Assembly (NCBI GenBank): GCA_040770465.1
Contig: JAXGJB010000010.1
Span: forward strand, 1-64,000
Origin: Methanothrix sp.
Lineage (GTDB): Archaea > Halobacteriota > Methanosarcinia > Methanotrichales > Methanotrichaceae
Direction: 5' to 3'
Length of the DNA stretch: 64,000 nucleotides
Shown: in pieces, positions 40,033 to 50,700 of the stretch
How positions within the stretch are numbered: position 1 is the first letter of the stretch
How the letters are laid out: each line of letters opens with the position of its first letter
The notes under the pieces: generated by a model
Told to the model about the DNA's origin: nothing
The model's database searches: none
What the model saw: only the letters and a program-made list of their open reading frames with translations
Program-made: the position numbers and the translations under genes

Positions 40033-41451
40033 TTATCTCACATAAGAGATATCATCCAGATCAAAAACAATCATCTTCTCATCCCTCAGTTCGTTTTTGC
40101 TCTCTATTTTTTTCGCTACAACTGCGAAATATTCCTGCCGTTTCTCACTGTTCCAGTTCACATATTTTGATTTCTCTTTCAGATCGCCACATATCCTTCT
40201 TGTACTATTAGCTGTGAGACTCTGCCATTTACACTCAACAAACATGATCTCTCTTGAGCCCTCATTCAATGCGACAACATCGATCTCATAGGTATTCGCC
40301 CCTTTTTGCTTTCCAGGAATCGTGCCCCATTGCCTCCCGATTCTTTCAAAAGCGAAGGGCAATTCGCCAGCAGTATTCTGATCTATGAGGTATTGTTTCG
40401 CAATATCTTCAAAAATATGGCCGAGATACTGGTCGTAGGTGGTGTTCATCCGCAAGATCGCTGCATCCCTGTTTATTTCGAGGATGGACCTTGATGGATA
40501 TACATATGTATACCAGAATCTGATGAAATTGTCTGCCAGGGTGTAGATGGAGCCCGTCTTTATATCTCGTGGTTTTTTAAGAACCGCGGCCCATTCTTTG
40601 GTCACGAATCCGAGATTTATGAGAACGCGCAGATACTTGGGGAGGTTCTGGACGGGTATGCCGGTTTGGTCTGAGATTTCAGATATCCGGTTCTTGCCCT
40701 TTGAGATCGCTTCAAGGATCAGCTCGTAGTTGGTACGAGTTCTCAGTTCTTCCTTCAATAGAAAAGCGGCTTCATCATAGAGAAAAGTCGCCCTTTGCAG
40801 TATCTTCTCGTTCACATTATCGATGAAGGAGAGGTTCTCATCGAATTTGTTGAGGTATGCGGGCACCCCCCCAAGACAGCCATAGATCCGGACCACTTCT
40901 TCTGCACTTTTTTGTGGGAAGAACTGGGCGACGTGGGCGAACTTCAAAGGCTCCACTTTGATCTGCCCGGTTCGTCTGCCATAGAGAGGAGATTTGTATC
41001 CAAGAACCTCGTTTTCCATCATCCCTATGCTTGAACCGAGAAGAATTACCATGACGTTGGCGTCTTTAAGATGGAGGTCCCATGCCGCCTGAAATGAGGA
41101 GATCGCCGCATTGCTGCCCTCGATTAGGTATGGAACTTCATCTATAATAATAACAGGCTTGCCTTTTATCTGCTGGGCGATGAATTTGAGGGCTGCATCC
41201 CATTTGGTGATCTTCGGCTGGTATATTCCGAGCTCTTCAGATGCCTTCTCCAGAAAGTCTTCGACCTGCTGCTCAAGGTTGAATTTCTGGGATAGATAGT
41301 AGACCGATGGTTTTTCTGCTCGGAATTTGAGGGCGAGTTCAGTTTTGCCAACACGCCGCCGTCCATAGATTATTACAAGCGATGATGAATTTTTAGCGTA
41401 TTCGGATTCGAGGAAGGAGAGCTCTTCGTCCCTGTCGATGAATAGGACCAT
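40033..41451 (-). CDS. Archaeal ATPase (AAA + wHTH + DUF234 PD-(D/E)xK-like C-terminus)
   Basis: FIDRDEEL, YGRRRVGKT, IIDE, SPLYGRRTG, DNFIRFWY, EIDVVA...ECKW; lower GC. Confidence 0.9.
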   Translation of the reverse strand: MVLFIDRDEELSFLESEYAKNSSSLVIIYGRRRVGKTELALKFRAEKPSVYYLSQKFNLEQQVEDFLEKASEELGIYQPKITKWDAALKFIAQQIKGKPVIIIDEVPYLIEGSNAAISSFQAAWDLHLKDANVMVILLGSSIGMMENEVLGYKSPLYGRRTGQIKVEPLKFAHVAQFFPQKSAEEVVRIYGCLGGVPAYLNKFDENLSFIDNVNEKILQRATFLYDEAAFLLKEELRTRTNYELILEAISKGKNRISEISDQTGIPVQNLPKYLRVLINLGFVTKEWAAVLKKPRDIKTGSIYTLADNFIRFWYTYVYPSRSILEINRDAAILRMNTTYDQYLGHIFEDIAKQYLIDQNTAGELPFAFERIGRQWGTIPGKQKGANTYEIDVVALNEGSREIMFVECKWQSLTANSTRRICGDLKEKSKYVNWNSEKRQEYFAVVAKKIESKNELRDEKMIVFDLDDISYVR

Positions 41452-41509
41452 GATCCTAATTATTGCAATCCTACTAATTTAAGTGTTTCTGTCCGACAAC
41501 ACCGAACTA

Positions 41510-41647
41510 TCACGTTGCGGCATAGGTCGTCCCCGCGATCAGCCCCACCATGGACAGCAGGCGGCGGGTCTCTCCCGGCGTCTCCTGGCCGTTCACCTCC
41601 TGCAGGCAGAGGATGTCGGCTTTGGGCAGGAGGTGCTGGGGCCTCAT
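41510..41647 (-). pseudogene. Fragment of endonuclease/exonuclease/phosphatase (EEP) family gene
   Basis: ADILCLQEVNGQE motif in a short truncated frame between the ATPase start and repeat copy 2. Confidence 0.55.
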
Positions 41648-42108
41648 CGATGCAGGAGCGGTGGTCGTCGAGCAGTACACCCACACCGAGAGCCTGATGA
41701 AGAACACCCAGATCAGCACGGCGGGCAACAGCTATCTCAACGATGTTAACAACAGCGGGATCGAGGCGAGCTTCAACTCCAACGTCATCGGCGTAGGCCA
41801 CATCGGCTGGCTCTCAAAGGATACAGAGACCAACTGCAAGGGGAGGCACTTCGAGGTTGGAAGGTCCGTTGAGGACGTCACCGGAGTATTCTCCATCGAG
41901 AAGTACATCAAGCTCTTCGATAACTCGAGCGACGCCACCGGGACCATTGATTGGCTCCCCTGCCTGTAGATGGAGATAGGGGTCCCCCGTCTGTAGATGG
42001 ATGATGCGGATAAATCGGGCCGGATCGGCGGGGGTTCAGCCCGGCAAGAACATCCCTGGCTGAAGTCGGGCAGAAGAGGTTGAATGGAGAGATCTCCGGC
42101 CACCTTCG
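41648..42108 (+). repeat. Direct repeat copy 2: 5'-truncated duplicate of the 39168-39842 gene plus downstream DNA
   Basis: Encodes DAGAVVVEQY...DWLPCL with no signal peptide or start. Confidence 0.9.
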
Positions 42109-42495
42109 GGAGAGAGCGTGGCCTCTTCCCCAGTCTTTCCCGGACGATGATGGATCGGATCTGGAAAGCGCGAATACGGCAGCCAGGGGATCGGAAAAAC
42201 GGTGAAGTCGGATGCGTTTGCGGCTGGCCCGGTCTCCGGTCCGTCGCTGTTTCATCCGAACCCTGGACGCTGGACCCGAATTCTCCGGACTGGAATGCTC
42301 CAGACCCGAATGTCCCCGACCCGAACGCCGGGATGGCGACGGAGACTTCACCGATCACTTTTATTAATTGTTAATTCCTATAGCAGTTTCTATGCAGATA
42401 CTTTTGACAAGATATGCTCCGGGGGCATCCTCCCGGAAAGGGCGCGTGATGGAGAACGGACCAGCCCATCGAATCGATCGCCCCTCCCGACCGCC

Positions 42496-42996
42496 ATGAT
42501 CGATCACATCTCTCTACGACCCATCCGTCCCGAGGACGAGCCCTTCCTCTTCGGCCTCTACGTAATAACTTGGGAGGAGGGTCTGGAGTCCTTCAGCTGG
42601 GAAGGGGCTGATAAGGCTGACGAGGCCTCCCTCCTCAGGCTCAATTTCAAGGCGCACCAGCATCACTACGCCACCATATCCCCCAAAGCGGAGCAGATGA
42701 TAATCCTCCTGGACGAAAGGCCAGCGGGAAGCCTCATAGTCATCCGGGCCCGAAAGGAGATCAGGCTCGCGGAGATCGTCCTCGTCCCCGAAGATCGGAA
42801 CCGGGGGATCGGAGGTGCCTTGATCGAAGAGCTAGCCGGTGAAGCAGGGAAATCGGGGCTTCCCCTGAGGCTTCACGTGGCGAAGTTCAACCGGGCGATC
42901 AGGCTCTATCGGCGTCTGGGCTTCGTTCTGATCGGCGATACCGGGACTCACTATTTCATGGAACGACGTCCGAAAGGTCTCTCTTCCGTCCGTTGA
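42496..42996 (+). CDS. GNAT family N-acetyltransferase
   Basis: LRPIRPED, RNRGIGGALI, NRAIRLYRRLGF. Confidence 0.85.
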   Translation: MIDHISLRPIRPEDEPFLFGLYVITWEEGLESFSWEGADKADEASLLRLNFKAHQHHYATISPKAEQMIILLDERPAGSLIVIRARKEIRLAEIVLVPEDRNRGIGGALIEELAGEAGKSGLPLRLHVAKFNRAIRLYRRLGFVLIGDTGTHYFMERRPKGLSSVR

Positions 42997-43100
42997 AGTC
43001 GCAGCCGATTCTCATCGAACTATCACAAAGGACTTATCTTGATGGGGACGATTTCTCAATCGAGCTAGACTTCATTACCAGGACGGAAGAGGATGTTTTT

Positions 43101-44207
43101 ATGTTATCGGATGTATATTTCTCGCCCTTGAGGGCTTCAAACCCCGATGAGAGCAAGATCCGTCTGGTGGGGCGGCTCTTTTCGGCCGCCGGCTTTGACG
43201 GGCTGATCCGGGATGGGGACCTCACGGCGGTTAAGCTCCACTTCGGCGAGCGGGGAAACGACACCTACGTCAGCCCTCTATTCGTCCGCCAGGTGGTGGA
43301 GATGGTGAAGAAGAGCGGAGCAAGCCCCTTTCTCACCGATACGGCCACCCTATACGGCGGGAGCAGGAAGAACGCAGTCTCCCACATTCTGACGGCTATC
43401 GAGCACGGGTTTGGCTACTCGGCGGCGGGAGCGCCTCTGGTCATCGCCGACGGCCTTCGAGGTGGGAACTACGTCGAGGTGGAGATCGGAAAGAAGCATA
43501 TTCAGACCGTCAAGATCGCCGGGGACGTGGCGGCGGCGGACTCGATGATCGTCGTCTCCCACTTCAAAGGCCACGGCATGGCGGGCTTCGGCGGCGCGAT
43601 CAAGAACCTGGGGATGGGGTGCGCGCCGCCGTCGGGCAAAGCCGACCAGCACTTCGCCTCGAAACCGGCCGTTGAGGAGGTGAGGTGCATCGGGTGCGGA
43701 AGGTGCCTCCGAATCTGCCCGAAATCGGCCATCATCCTGGATGACGGCAAGGCCCGGATCGATCCCGAGAAGTGCGCAGGCTGTGGAGCATGCCTGGGCC
43801 TATGTCAGGAGGGGGCGCTGGACCTGGACTGGGATGCTATGCCGATCTTCATCGAGCGGGTCGCGGAGTACGCCTTCGGAGCGGTTGAGGCAATGGGCGG
43901 GATGGTCGGTTTCTTCAACTTCGTCATCAACGTCACCCCGGAATGCGACTGCGTCCCCTGGAGCGACGCCCCCATCGTCCCGGACGTGGGGATCCTGGCG
44001 TCGAAGGACCCCGTGGCCATCGACGCCGCAAGCCTCGACCTCGTCAACGGCCAGAGAGGAGTTGTCGACTCCGCCTTGAAGTCTCACTTTGGCGAGGGGG
44101 AGGAGAAGTTCAGAGGCGTATGGCCGAAGGTGGACGGCCGGGTCCAGATAAGATACGGCGAAGAGATCGGCCTCGGGTCGTCGAAGTACCGGCTGATCGA
44201 GATATGA
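43101..44207 (+). CDS. DUF362 protein with 2[4Fe-4S] ferredoxin insert
   Basis: AVKLHFGERGN, SHFKGH, KNLGMGC, CIGCGRCLRICP, CAGCGACLGLC, PECDC, DPVAID. Confidence 0.9.
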   Translation: MLSDVYFSPLRASNPDESKIRLVGRLFSAAGFDGLIRDGDLTAVKLHFGERGNDTYVSPLFVRQVVEMVKKSGASPFLTDTATLYGGSRKNAVSHILTAIEHGFGYSAAGAPLVIADGLRGGNYVEVEIGKKHIQTVKIAGDVAAADSMIVVSHFKGHGMAGFGGAIKNLGMGCAPPSGKADQHFASKPAVEEVRCIGCGRCLRICPKSAIILDDGKARIDPEKCAGCGACLGLCQEGALDLDWDAMPIFIERVAEYAFGAVEAMGGMVGFFNFVINVTPECDCVPWSDAPIVPDVGILASKDPVAIDAASLDLVNGQRGVVDSALKSHFGEGEEKFRGVWPKVDGRVQIRYGEEIGLGSSKYRLIEI

Positions 44208-44412
44208 ATCTTCATCATGAGACGGAAGTGCCGACAGAAAAGTTTAACGTGGTTCGGATCAGAAAGGAAGTCTGCATGGTGCATAGGTCCAAAAAGAGGG
44301 GCGGGATGAGGAAATTTCGCACGAATAATGATACAGAATGGCGCATCTCAGGCGATATCTTGAGTTATTAAGGGAAATCTGATAAAGTCATGGATATTGG
44401 TGGTGGGAGGAT

Positions 44413-46479
44413 ATGGCAGAATTATTCGATGAAGTTGTGAGCCGGGCGAAGGAGGAGAATCGGACGTACCTGATGGAGCACGAGTGCAAGGCGGTCCTCG
44501 AGAGCCTCGGGATCTCGACGACGGGGGCCGAGGTCGCCCGGTTCGAGGACGAGGCGGTCCGGATAGCCGAATCGATCGGCTATCCCGTGGTCCTGAAGGT
44601 GGTCTCTCCGGAGGTCGTCCACAAGTCCGACGCCGGCGGCGTGAAGCTCGACCTCAAAGGGCCCGAGGAGGTGAGACGCGCCTTCGCCGGTATAGTGGAG
44701 GCTTTCGGGGCGAAGAAGGTCGTCGGGGTCGCCGTCCAGAAGATGGCCTCGCCGGGGACCGAGGCGATCGTGGGGGTCGCCCGGGACCCAACCTTCGGGC
44801 CGATCCTGATGTTCGGCCTCGGCGGCATCTTCGTTGAGATCCTCCAGGACGTATCCCTGAGGTCGATACCCATATCCGAGTCGGACGCCGAGGAGATGAT
44901 AGCGGGGATAAAGGGGCACGCCCTCCTGGAAGGGTACCGCGGAAGGTCGGCGGACATCCCGGCCCTGAAACGCCTGCTTTTGCAGATCTCCGACCTGGTG
45001 GTGGAGCACCCGGAGATCTCCGAGATGGACTTAAACCCCGTCTTCCTCTACCCCAATGGGTACAAAGTGGTGGACGCAAGGGTGATCCTCGGCGATGTCC
45101 CCGAGACGGTCGAGGCTAAAGAGCCACGGGTCCAGGACCTCCACGACCTATTCTACCCGAAGAGCATCGCCGTCATCGGAGCCTCGGGGACTAAGGGAAA
45201 GCTCGGCTGGAACGTCTTCTGCAACCTGATCAACCACGACTTCAAGGGCGAGCTCTATCCGATAAACCCCAGGGCGGAGTCGATTTTGGGAATCAAGGCC
45301 TACCCGCGGATCAGCGCCGTCAAAAAGCCGATCGACGTCGCCGTCATCCTCGTCCAGGCGAGCATGACCCCGGAGGTGGTGAAGGAGTGCTGCGACTGCG
45401 GCGTCAAGTACGTCATCGTCGAGTCCGCGGGCTTCGCCGAGATGGGGGATTCGGGCCGGAGGATCGAGGAGGAGATGAAGGCGATCACCGATTCCTACGG
45501 CGTGCGGCTCCTGGGGCCGAACTGCTCGGGGATAATTAACACCCACTGCAGCATGGTCCAGTCTATCGGGATCGTCGACGCCCTATCCCGCGGGAACATC
45601 GGCCTCATATCCCAGGCCGGGGTCTGCGCCGCCGGGATGCTCTGGGGTCTGCGGCACATCATGGACTTTGGGATCGTGGCGACGATCGGAAATAAATTGG
45701 ACATCAACGAGACGGACATGCTGGAGGCGGTGAGCCAGGACGAGAACGTCAACGTCATCTGCATGTACCTGGAGTCGGTGAAGGGCGGGAGGAGGTTCAT
45801 CGACGTGGCGAAGAGGATAACGACGAAAAAGCCGATCATCGCCCTCAAGTCCGGCCGGACCGAGGCGGGGAAGAGGGCGGTCGCCTCCCACACCGCATCG
45901 ATGGCCGGCGACGACCTCGTCTACAGCGCCGTCTTCAAGCAGGCCGGGGTGATCAGGGCGAGGGACTACGAGCACATGTTCAACCTGGCGAGGGCCGTAT
46001 CCAAGCAGCCCTTCCCCAAAAAGGAGGGGGTCTTCATCATAACGTACGCCGGGTCCCTGGGGGTGATATCTGCCGACGCCGTCATCGACGAGGGGATGAG
46101 GCTCTCGGAGCTGGAGCCTCCCCTCAAGGAGAGGCTCCTCGACCTCCTGCCGGAGTACGTCGGAGGCACGAATCCCGTCGACTACACCTTCAGCATGGAC
46201 GCCGAGACGGTGAAGAGGACGATCGAGATCGGAGTCGATAGCGACGACGTGGGAAGCTTCATTGTCATCCTCCAGGCCGAGATCCTGGGTAGCTACGTTG
46301 CGCCCCTGGGGGGGATCGACTATCGGGGAAAGCCGATCATGGTCTGCGTCGCCGGAAAGGAGTTTGCCATGGACGACGTAATCAAGATGGAGAACGCGGG
46401 AATCCCCGTCTACCAGACCCCGGAGCAGTGCGCCGACGCCATATCGGTTATGTACAAGCACTGGAAGCTCTCAGGATAA
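44413..46479 (+). CDS. Acetate--CoA ligase (ADP-forming) family, beta-alpha fusion
   Basis: N-terminal ATP-grasp (GYPVVLK, HKSDAGGV, FGLGG, DLNP), then CoA-binding AVIGAS, GPNC, SHT. Confidence 0.88.
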   Translation: MAELFDEVVSRAKEENRTYLMEHECKAVLESLGISTTGAEVARFEDEAVRIAESIGYPVVLKVVSPEVVHKSDAGGVKLDLKGPEEVRRAFAGIVEAFGAKKVVGVAVQKMASPGTEAIVGVARDPTFGPILMFGLGGIFVEILQDVSLRSIPISESDAEEMIAGIKGHALLEGYRGRSADIPALKRLLLQISDLVVEHPEISEMDLNPVFLYPNGYKVVDARVILGDVPETVEAKEPRVQDLHDLFYPKSIAVIGASGTKGKLGWNVFCNLINHDFKGELYPINPRAESILGIKAYPRISAVKKPIDVAVILVQASMTPEVVKECCDCGVKYVIVESAGFAEMGDSGRRIEEEMKAITDSYGVRLLGPNCSGIINTHCSMVQSIGIVDALSRGNIGLISQAGVCAAGMLWGLRHIMDFGIVATIGNKLDINETDMLEAVSQDENVNVICMYLESVKGGRRFIDVAKRITTKKPIIALKSGRTEAGKRAVASHTASMAGDDLVYSAVFKQAGVIRARDYEHMFNLARAVSKQPFPKKEGVFIITYAGSLGVISADAVIDEGMRLSELEPPLKERLLDLLPEYVGGTNPVDYTFSMDAETVKRTIEIGVDSDDVGSFIVILQAEILGSYVAPLGGIDYRGKPIMVCVAGKEFAMDDVIKMENAGIPVYQTPEQCADAISVMYKHWKLSG

Positions 46480-46590
46480 AGTCGGCCTTTTTCCCTCGGC
46501 GTCCGCCCGTTCCGAGGGAATCGACTATCCCCCGGAGCCCGGCGGCTCTGGGGGGAGATGGTGCGAAGCTGGCCTCTGCCGGATGCCTCG

Positions 46591-46668
46591 GATCGATTGA
46601 CGATCGATTGACCATTGATTGATCGTCGATTGACCGTCGATTGACCGTCGATCGATCATCGATGGATC
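46591..46668. repeat. Short ~10-11-bp tandem repeat (GATTGACCGTC-like) between convergent genes
   Basis: gatcgattgacgatcgattgaccattgattgatcgtcgattgaccgtcgattgaccgtcgatcgatcatcgatggatc. Confidence 0.8.
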
Positions 46669-46684
46669 CGGCCGGTGGGCGAGG

Positions 46685-47185
46685 TCAGCGCATATTCTGG
46701 ACGTCCTGGGGCTCCGTCCAGTTCCCTCCCTCAAAGATCCTGATAGAGGATAGGTTGCGGGCATACTCCATCGTCCTCGTCCAGTTCTTGCTGGACGGGA
46801 GGGTCTTCGGGTCTATCATCCTGCTGTACCTCGGGCCGACGGCCGAGGTGGTGGAGGTGTCGTTTGCTGCCGAAAGGCTCTCGTTCTCCTCCTCCTCCTC
46901 GGCGAGGGCCCTTGCCACCATTCCCAGGGCGACCGGCTTCTTCGCCGATCCGCCAAGAGATGCCGGTTTTCTGAAGATCTCCGAGCCGAAGTAAGGGTAG
47001 TACTGGCTATAGTCCACCCTCGATGCCGCGCCCCCGGAGAAGAATATGGGGTCGGAGAAGTAAGACCTCCACTCGGAGTAGTTGGGCCCGCTTCCGGGGT
47101 TAAGGTAATCGGCGCCCGCCTGGCCCGCCGCCAGGGTGATGATCGATACGATCAATATTAAATTGCGGCTTGAAATCATATCCAC
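46685..47185 (-). CDS. Secreted hypothetical protein
   Basis: Signal peptide; YFSDPIF/YFGSEIF repeats; SSIRIFEGGNW. Confidence 0.65.
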   Translation of the reverse strand: MDMISSRNLILIVSIITLAAGQAGADYLNPGSGPNYSEWRSYFSDPIFFSGGAASRVDYSQYYPYFGSEIFRKPASLGGSAKKPVALGMVARALAEEEEENESLSAANDTSTTSAVGPRYSRMIDPKTLPSSKNWTRTMEYARNLSSIRIFEGGNWTEPQDVQNMR

Positions 47186-47722
47186 ACTCCCGGTGGATCT
47201 GTTCCCGGATTGGACTTAAATTTTTTCCTGGAAAAATGACGGGATGATCTCTCTTGGATGCCGGGAGCGTCGGTCATACGTCCAACTTCTTCGGTATCCA
47301 GCAACAGATTTCAGACAAAAAATAAGCCGATTAAAGGATCTGATCTTTTCGGACTTGCGAAGATCAAAGGGATCGCCTGACAGGGTAAAGTGAAACAAAA
47401 CATCTTAGGGCAAGGAATGTAAGCGTTAAGCATTTCAAATTAGGCGGGTGAGCAGATGAATACGATCTTTTATATTTCCTATTATCAATTAATACAGAAG
47501 CTTAAATAGTAGTTATGTATGAATATACAATCATCTTTGCAGTTATCCTCCGCAGTATCCGGATCGATGACTGCTGGAGGAGGGAGAGGAACGACAGACA
47601 TTTCAACAGAAATATTGGGATACGGTGCTGGAAGAGCGCCAGACGACGATTCTCATTTCGATCTCGGTTTAAAGACTACCCTTGAGATAGACATAAATTC
47701 TATTTTTAAGTTCATATTCTCA

Positions 47723-50700
47723 TTGAGAACTGTAAAATCATTCTCCCTTCTACTCCTCTCTCTTCTCATCTTCGCATCCATCTCTGGCGCCTTCGCCGCT
47801 CTGAGCGTCAACCCGATCGCCCCGGCTTCTGTCAACATCTGCGACTCGACCGGTTTTGTGATCTACATCAACAACACCGGCGCGACCACCGAGAACGACA
47901 TCCTCCTCAACGTCACCATCCCTTCGGGCTTCTCCTACGACGACGGCACCACCAGCATAACCTTCCCCAACGGCTCCTCGAACGAAGACCCCTCAATAAA
48001 TGGAAGATATCTCGAATGGAACCTGACCGAGATCATGACCACAGGGGCCGGGGTCGTCTTAAACGAGATATTTCCAAACCCTATCGGTGATGAGACCGAC
48101 AACGAGCGCTTCGAGCTTTACAACGCCGGCCCATATACCGTGAATGTCAGCCAGTGGTACATCAAGGACCTGACGAATCACATCGTGCCGATTGGGCCGA
48201 ATGTCATCTCCGGCAGCTTGAACCTCGCCCCGGGAAGTTACCTGGTGGTAAAAGTTCCAGGGCAGGCTATCCTCAACACAGGCGGAGACACGGTAAGGCT
48301 CTTCGACGGCTCGAACGTCCAGATCGACTCCGTCGCTTATCCTGACTCATCAAATAACGAGGGTCAGAGCTGGGCCTGCGTCCCTGACGGATCCGAGCTC
48401 TGGAACTGGAGAAGCTCTACCCTCGGCGCAACTAACGGCGGCCTCGCCGTCGGAAGCCTCGCCCCTGGCGGACAGATAAAAGTCGAGTTCAACCTGACCG
48501 CCGCCTGCGGAACGCCGTCAGGAAGCAGAATCAAGGCAGACGTCTTCTACCTCGGAGGTTCTTCATCTAAGTCCTCCACCTCCATGCTGGTGAAACAGGG
48601 CTTTCTGAAGGTGACCAAGACCCCCACCGTCGTCGAAGCTGGGGTTGGCGACGTCGTCAACTGGACGATTGCCGTCGAGAACACGGGCCTCGGACCCGCC
48701 TACAACGTCCGGGTCAACGACACCCTCTCCTCCGGTCTCACCCTCCTCAGCATCGACTCGCCGAGCAGCAGCATGAACTGGACCTACGGCGCCATCGGTC
48801 CCGGCGAGACGAAGATCGTCAACATCTCGGTGAGGGTCACCGCCTGCGGCGACCTCTACAATAGGGTCAACGTCAGCTGGGGCTGCGACGGCACACCATG
48901 CCAGAAGACCTACGCCAAGGCCAGCGTCAAGCTCATCCCCAGGGACCCGGATCTGACCTACACCGTCAGCCCCATGGTCGTACCTTACTGCGGGAACCTC
49001 ACAGTTTACGTCAACGCCACCAACTCTGGCCTCGGCGGCGTAGTCGATCTCATCCTTCAGTTCTCTGGGATATCCGCCGATTACGCCGTCAGCAACGTCT
49101 TGGGGGCGGTATACTACCCCGGAAATGAGACCTTCTTCGTCGGCGACGTCCCTCCCAACACCTGGAAGAACTTCACCTTCGACTTCGGCATGCCCTACGG
49201 CAGCTGCGGATCTAAGGGGAAGTCTGGCACCGTCACCATATATCCTCACCACAAGGACGACTGCGGAAACCCATGGTATCCGCCTGTTGATCTCGTCTCC
49301 TACTCGATGGAATCGGGCACTTTGTCCAGCATATCCGTCTCCAAGACCGCCTCGAAGACGGTGGCTTACCTGGACGATGAGGTGGACTTCACCCTGGAGG
49401 TGACCTACACCGCCGGGTCCTGCGGCGAGAACATAACGAGGTCGATAGTCGACCGTTACCCTGAGAACTTCACCCTCATCGACGCCGCTGGGGGCGTCAA
49501 CGACTCCGCAAACCATACCATCACCTGGACCGGCCAGCTTCTCCAGGACAACGTCACCTGGTCGAAGACGATCAGGCTCAAGGCCACGGCAGATCTTGCA
49601 GCCTGCGACTGTGGAAGGACGGTTACAAACCAGATCGAGGTCTCCGATGCCGTTGACTGCTGCGGCTGCAACATATCCGGAGCTTCCTCGGCAGATGTCG
49701 TCATCGAGTGCTTCAACGAGACTATACTCGATTCCTCGTCCAAGTCCGCATCTCCAAACCCCCAGGAGAACTGCCGGAACGTCACCTACACCACCACCTA
49801 CACCTTCGCCAGCTCCGTCGGGTCCCTCAACTGGTCTGATATGAACTTCACAGAGCTGGGAGGAAACGGCCAGGTCTTCCCCGACGGAAACGCCAGCGGA
49901 ACGGCCACCTTCACCGTCAACGGCTCCTGCAGCACAGACCAGACGATCGCGATCGGAAGCCCCACAAACCTGGGCTTCCTCAACGGAGCCTGCGGTCCTC
50001 TGGGGAGCGGCGCTGTCCTTGCCGTCACCTACACACTCCGGCAACCTCAGACCTGGTCGGGTCCCGACTGGTCGGCCCTCTGCATCGAAGGGTACGGCTC
50101 TGGATGCTCCGGAGACTCCTGTCTCTACGAGTCCGCCCCCGTCTCCGTCAGCCGGGCGGACTACTCCATAGGAATATCCGGAGTTCCGACGAGGCTCGAC
50201 TCCTGCGAGGTCTTCGACGTCACCATCACCCTCAACAAGGCAAGCCCCGACGACGATCCCAGGTGGATCGGCCACGATATGTACATCGTCTACAACGATA
50301 CGAACTACAGGTACATAGGCCCCGCCGTCATCAGCGGGATCAAAAACTACGTCAACTCGTCCTCGGTGCCGGTTGCCTCCTTTGAGCCGACCCGGTCGGG
50401 CAACGATCTCGTCTGGTATCTGGGCGCTAACATCAGCCGCGGCGGGACGATAACGTTCCCCGTCGAGAAGAGGTGTCCTCCAGACAAGCTTATTGCTGCA
50501 GATCTCAACTACACCGACAACTGCGGTGTTCTTCAGAATGGCTCCGCCTCCGACTCCCCGTCCCTCGTCCTCTTCGGAAACATCATCATCCAGAAGAATC
50601 CTGAGGTGATCTTCGCTCTGGACAAGAACGCCAGCTGGAAGATCTACGTCACCAATACCGGGTCGGGTACCGCCTACAACGTGACGGTGAACGACACCCT

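Noticed and set aside
41550-41969. 139-aa ORF as an intact gene
   Set aside because: Chimera of an antisense EEP fragment and the duplicated 3' half of 39168-39842; no signal peptide
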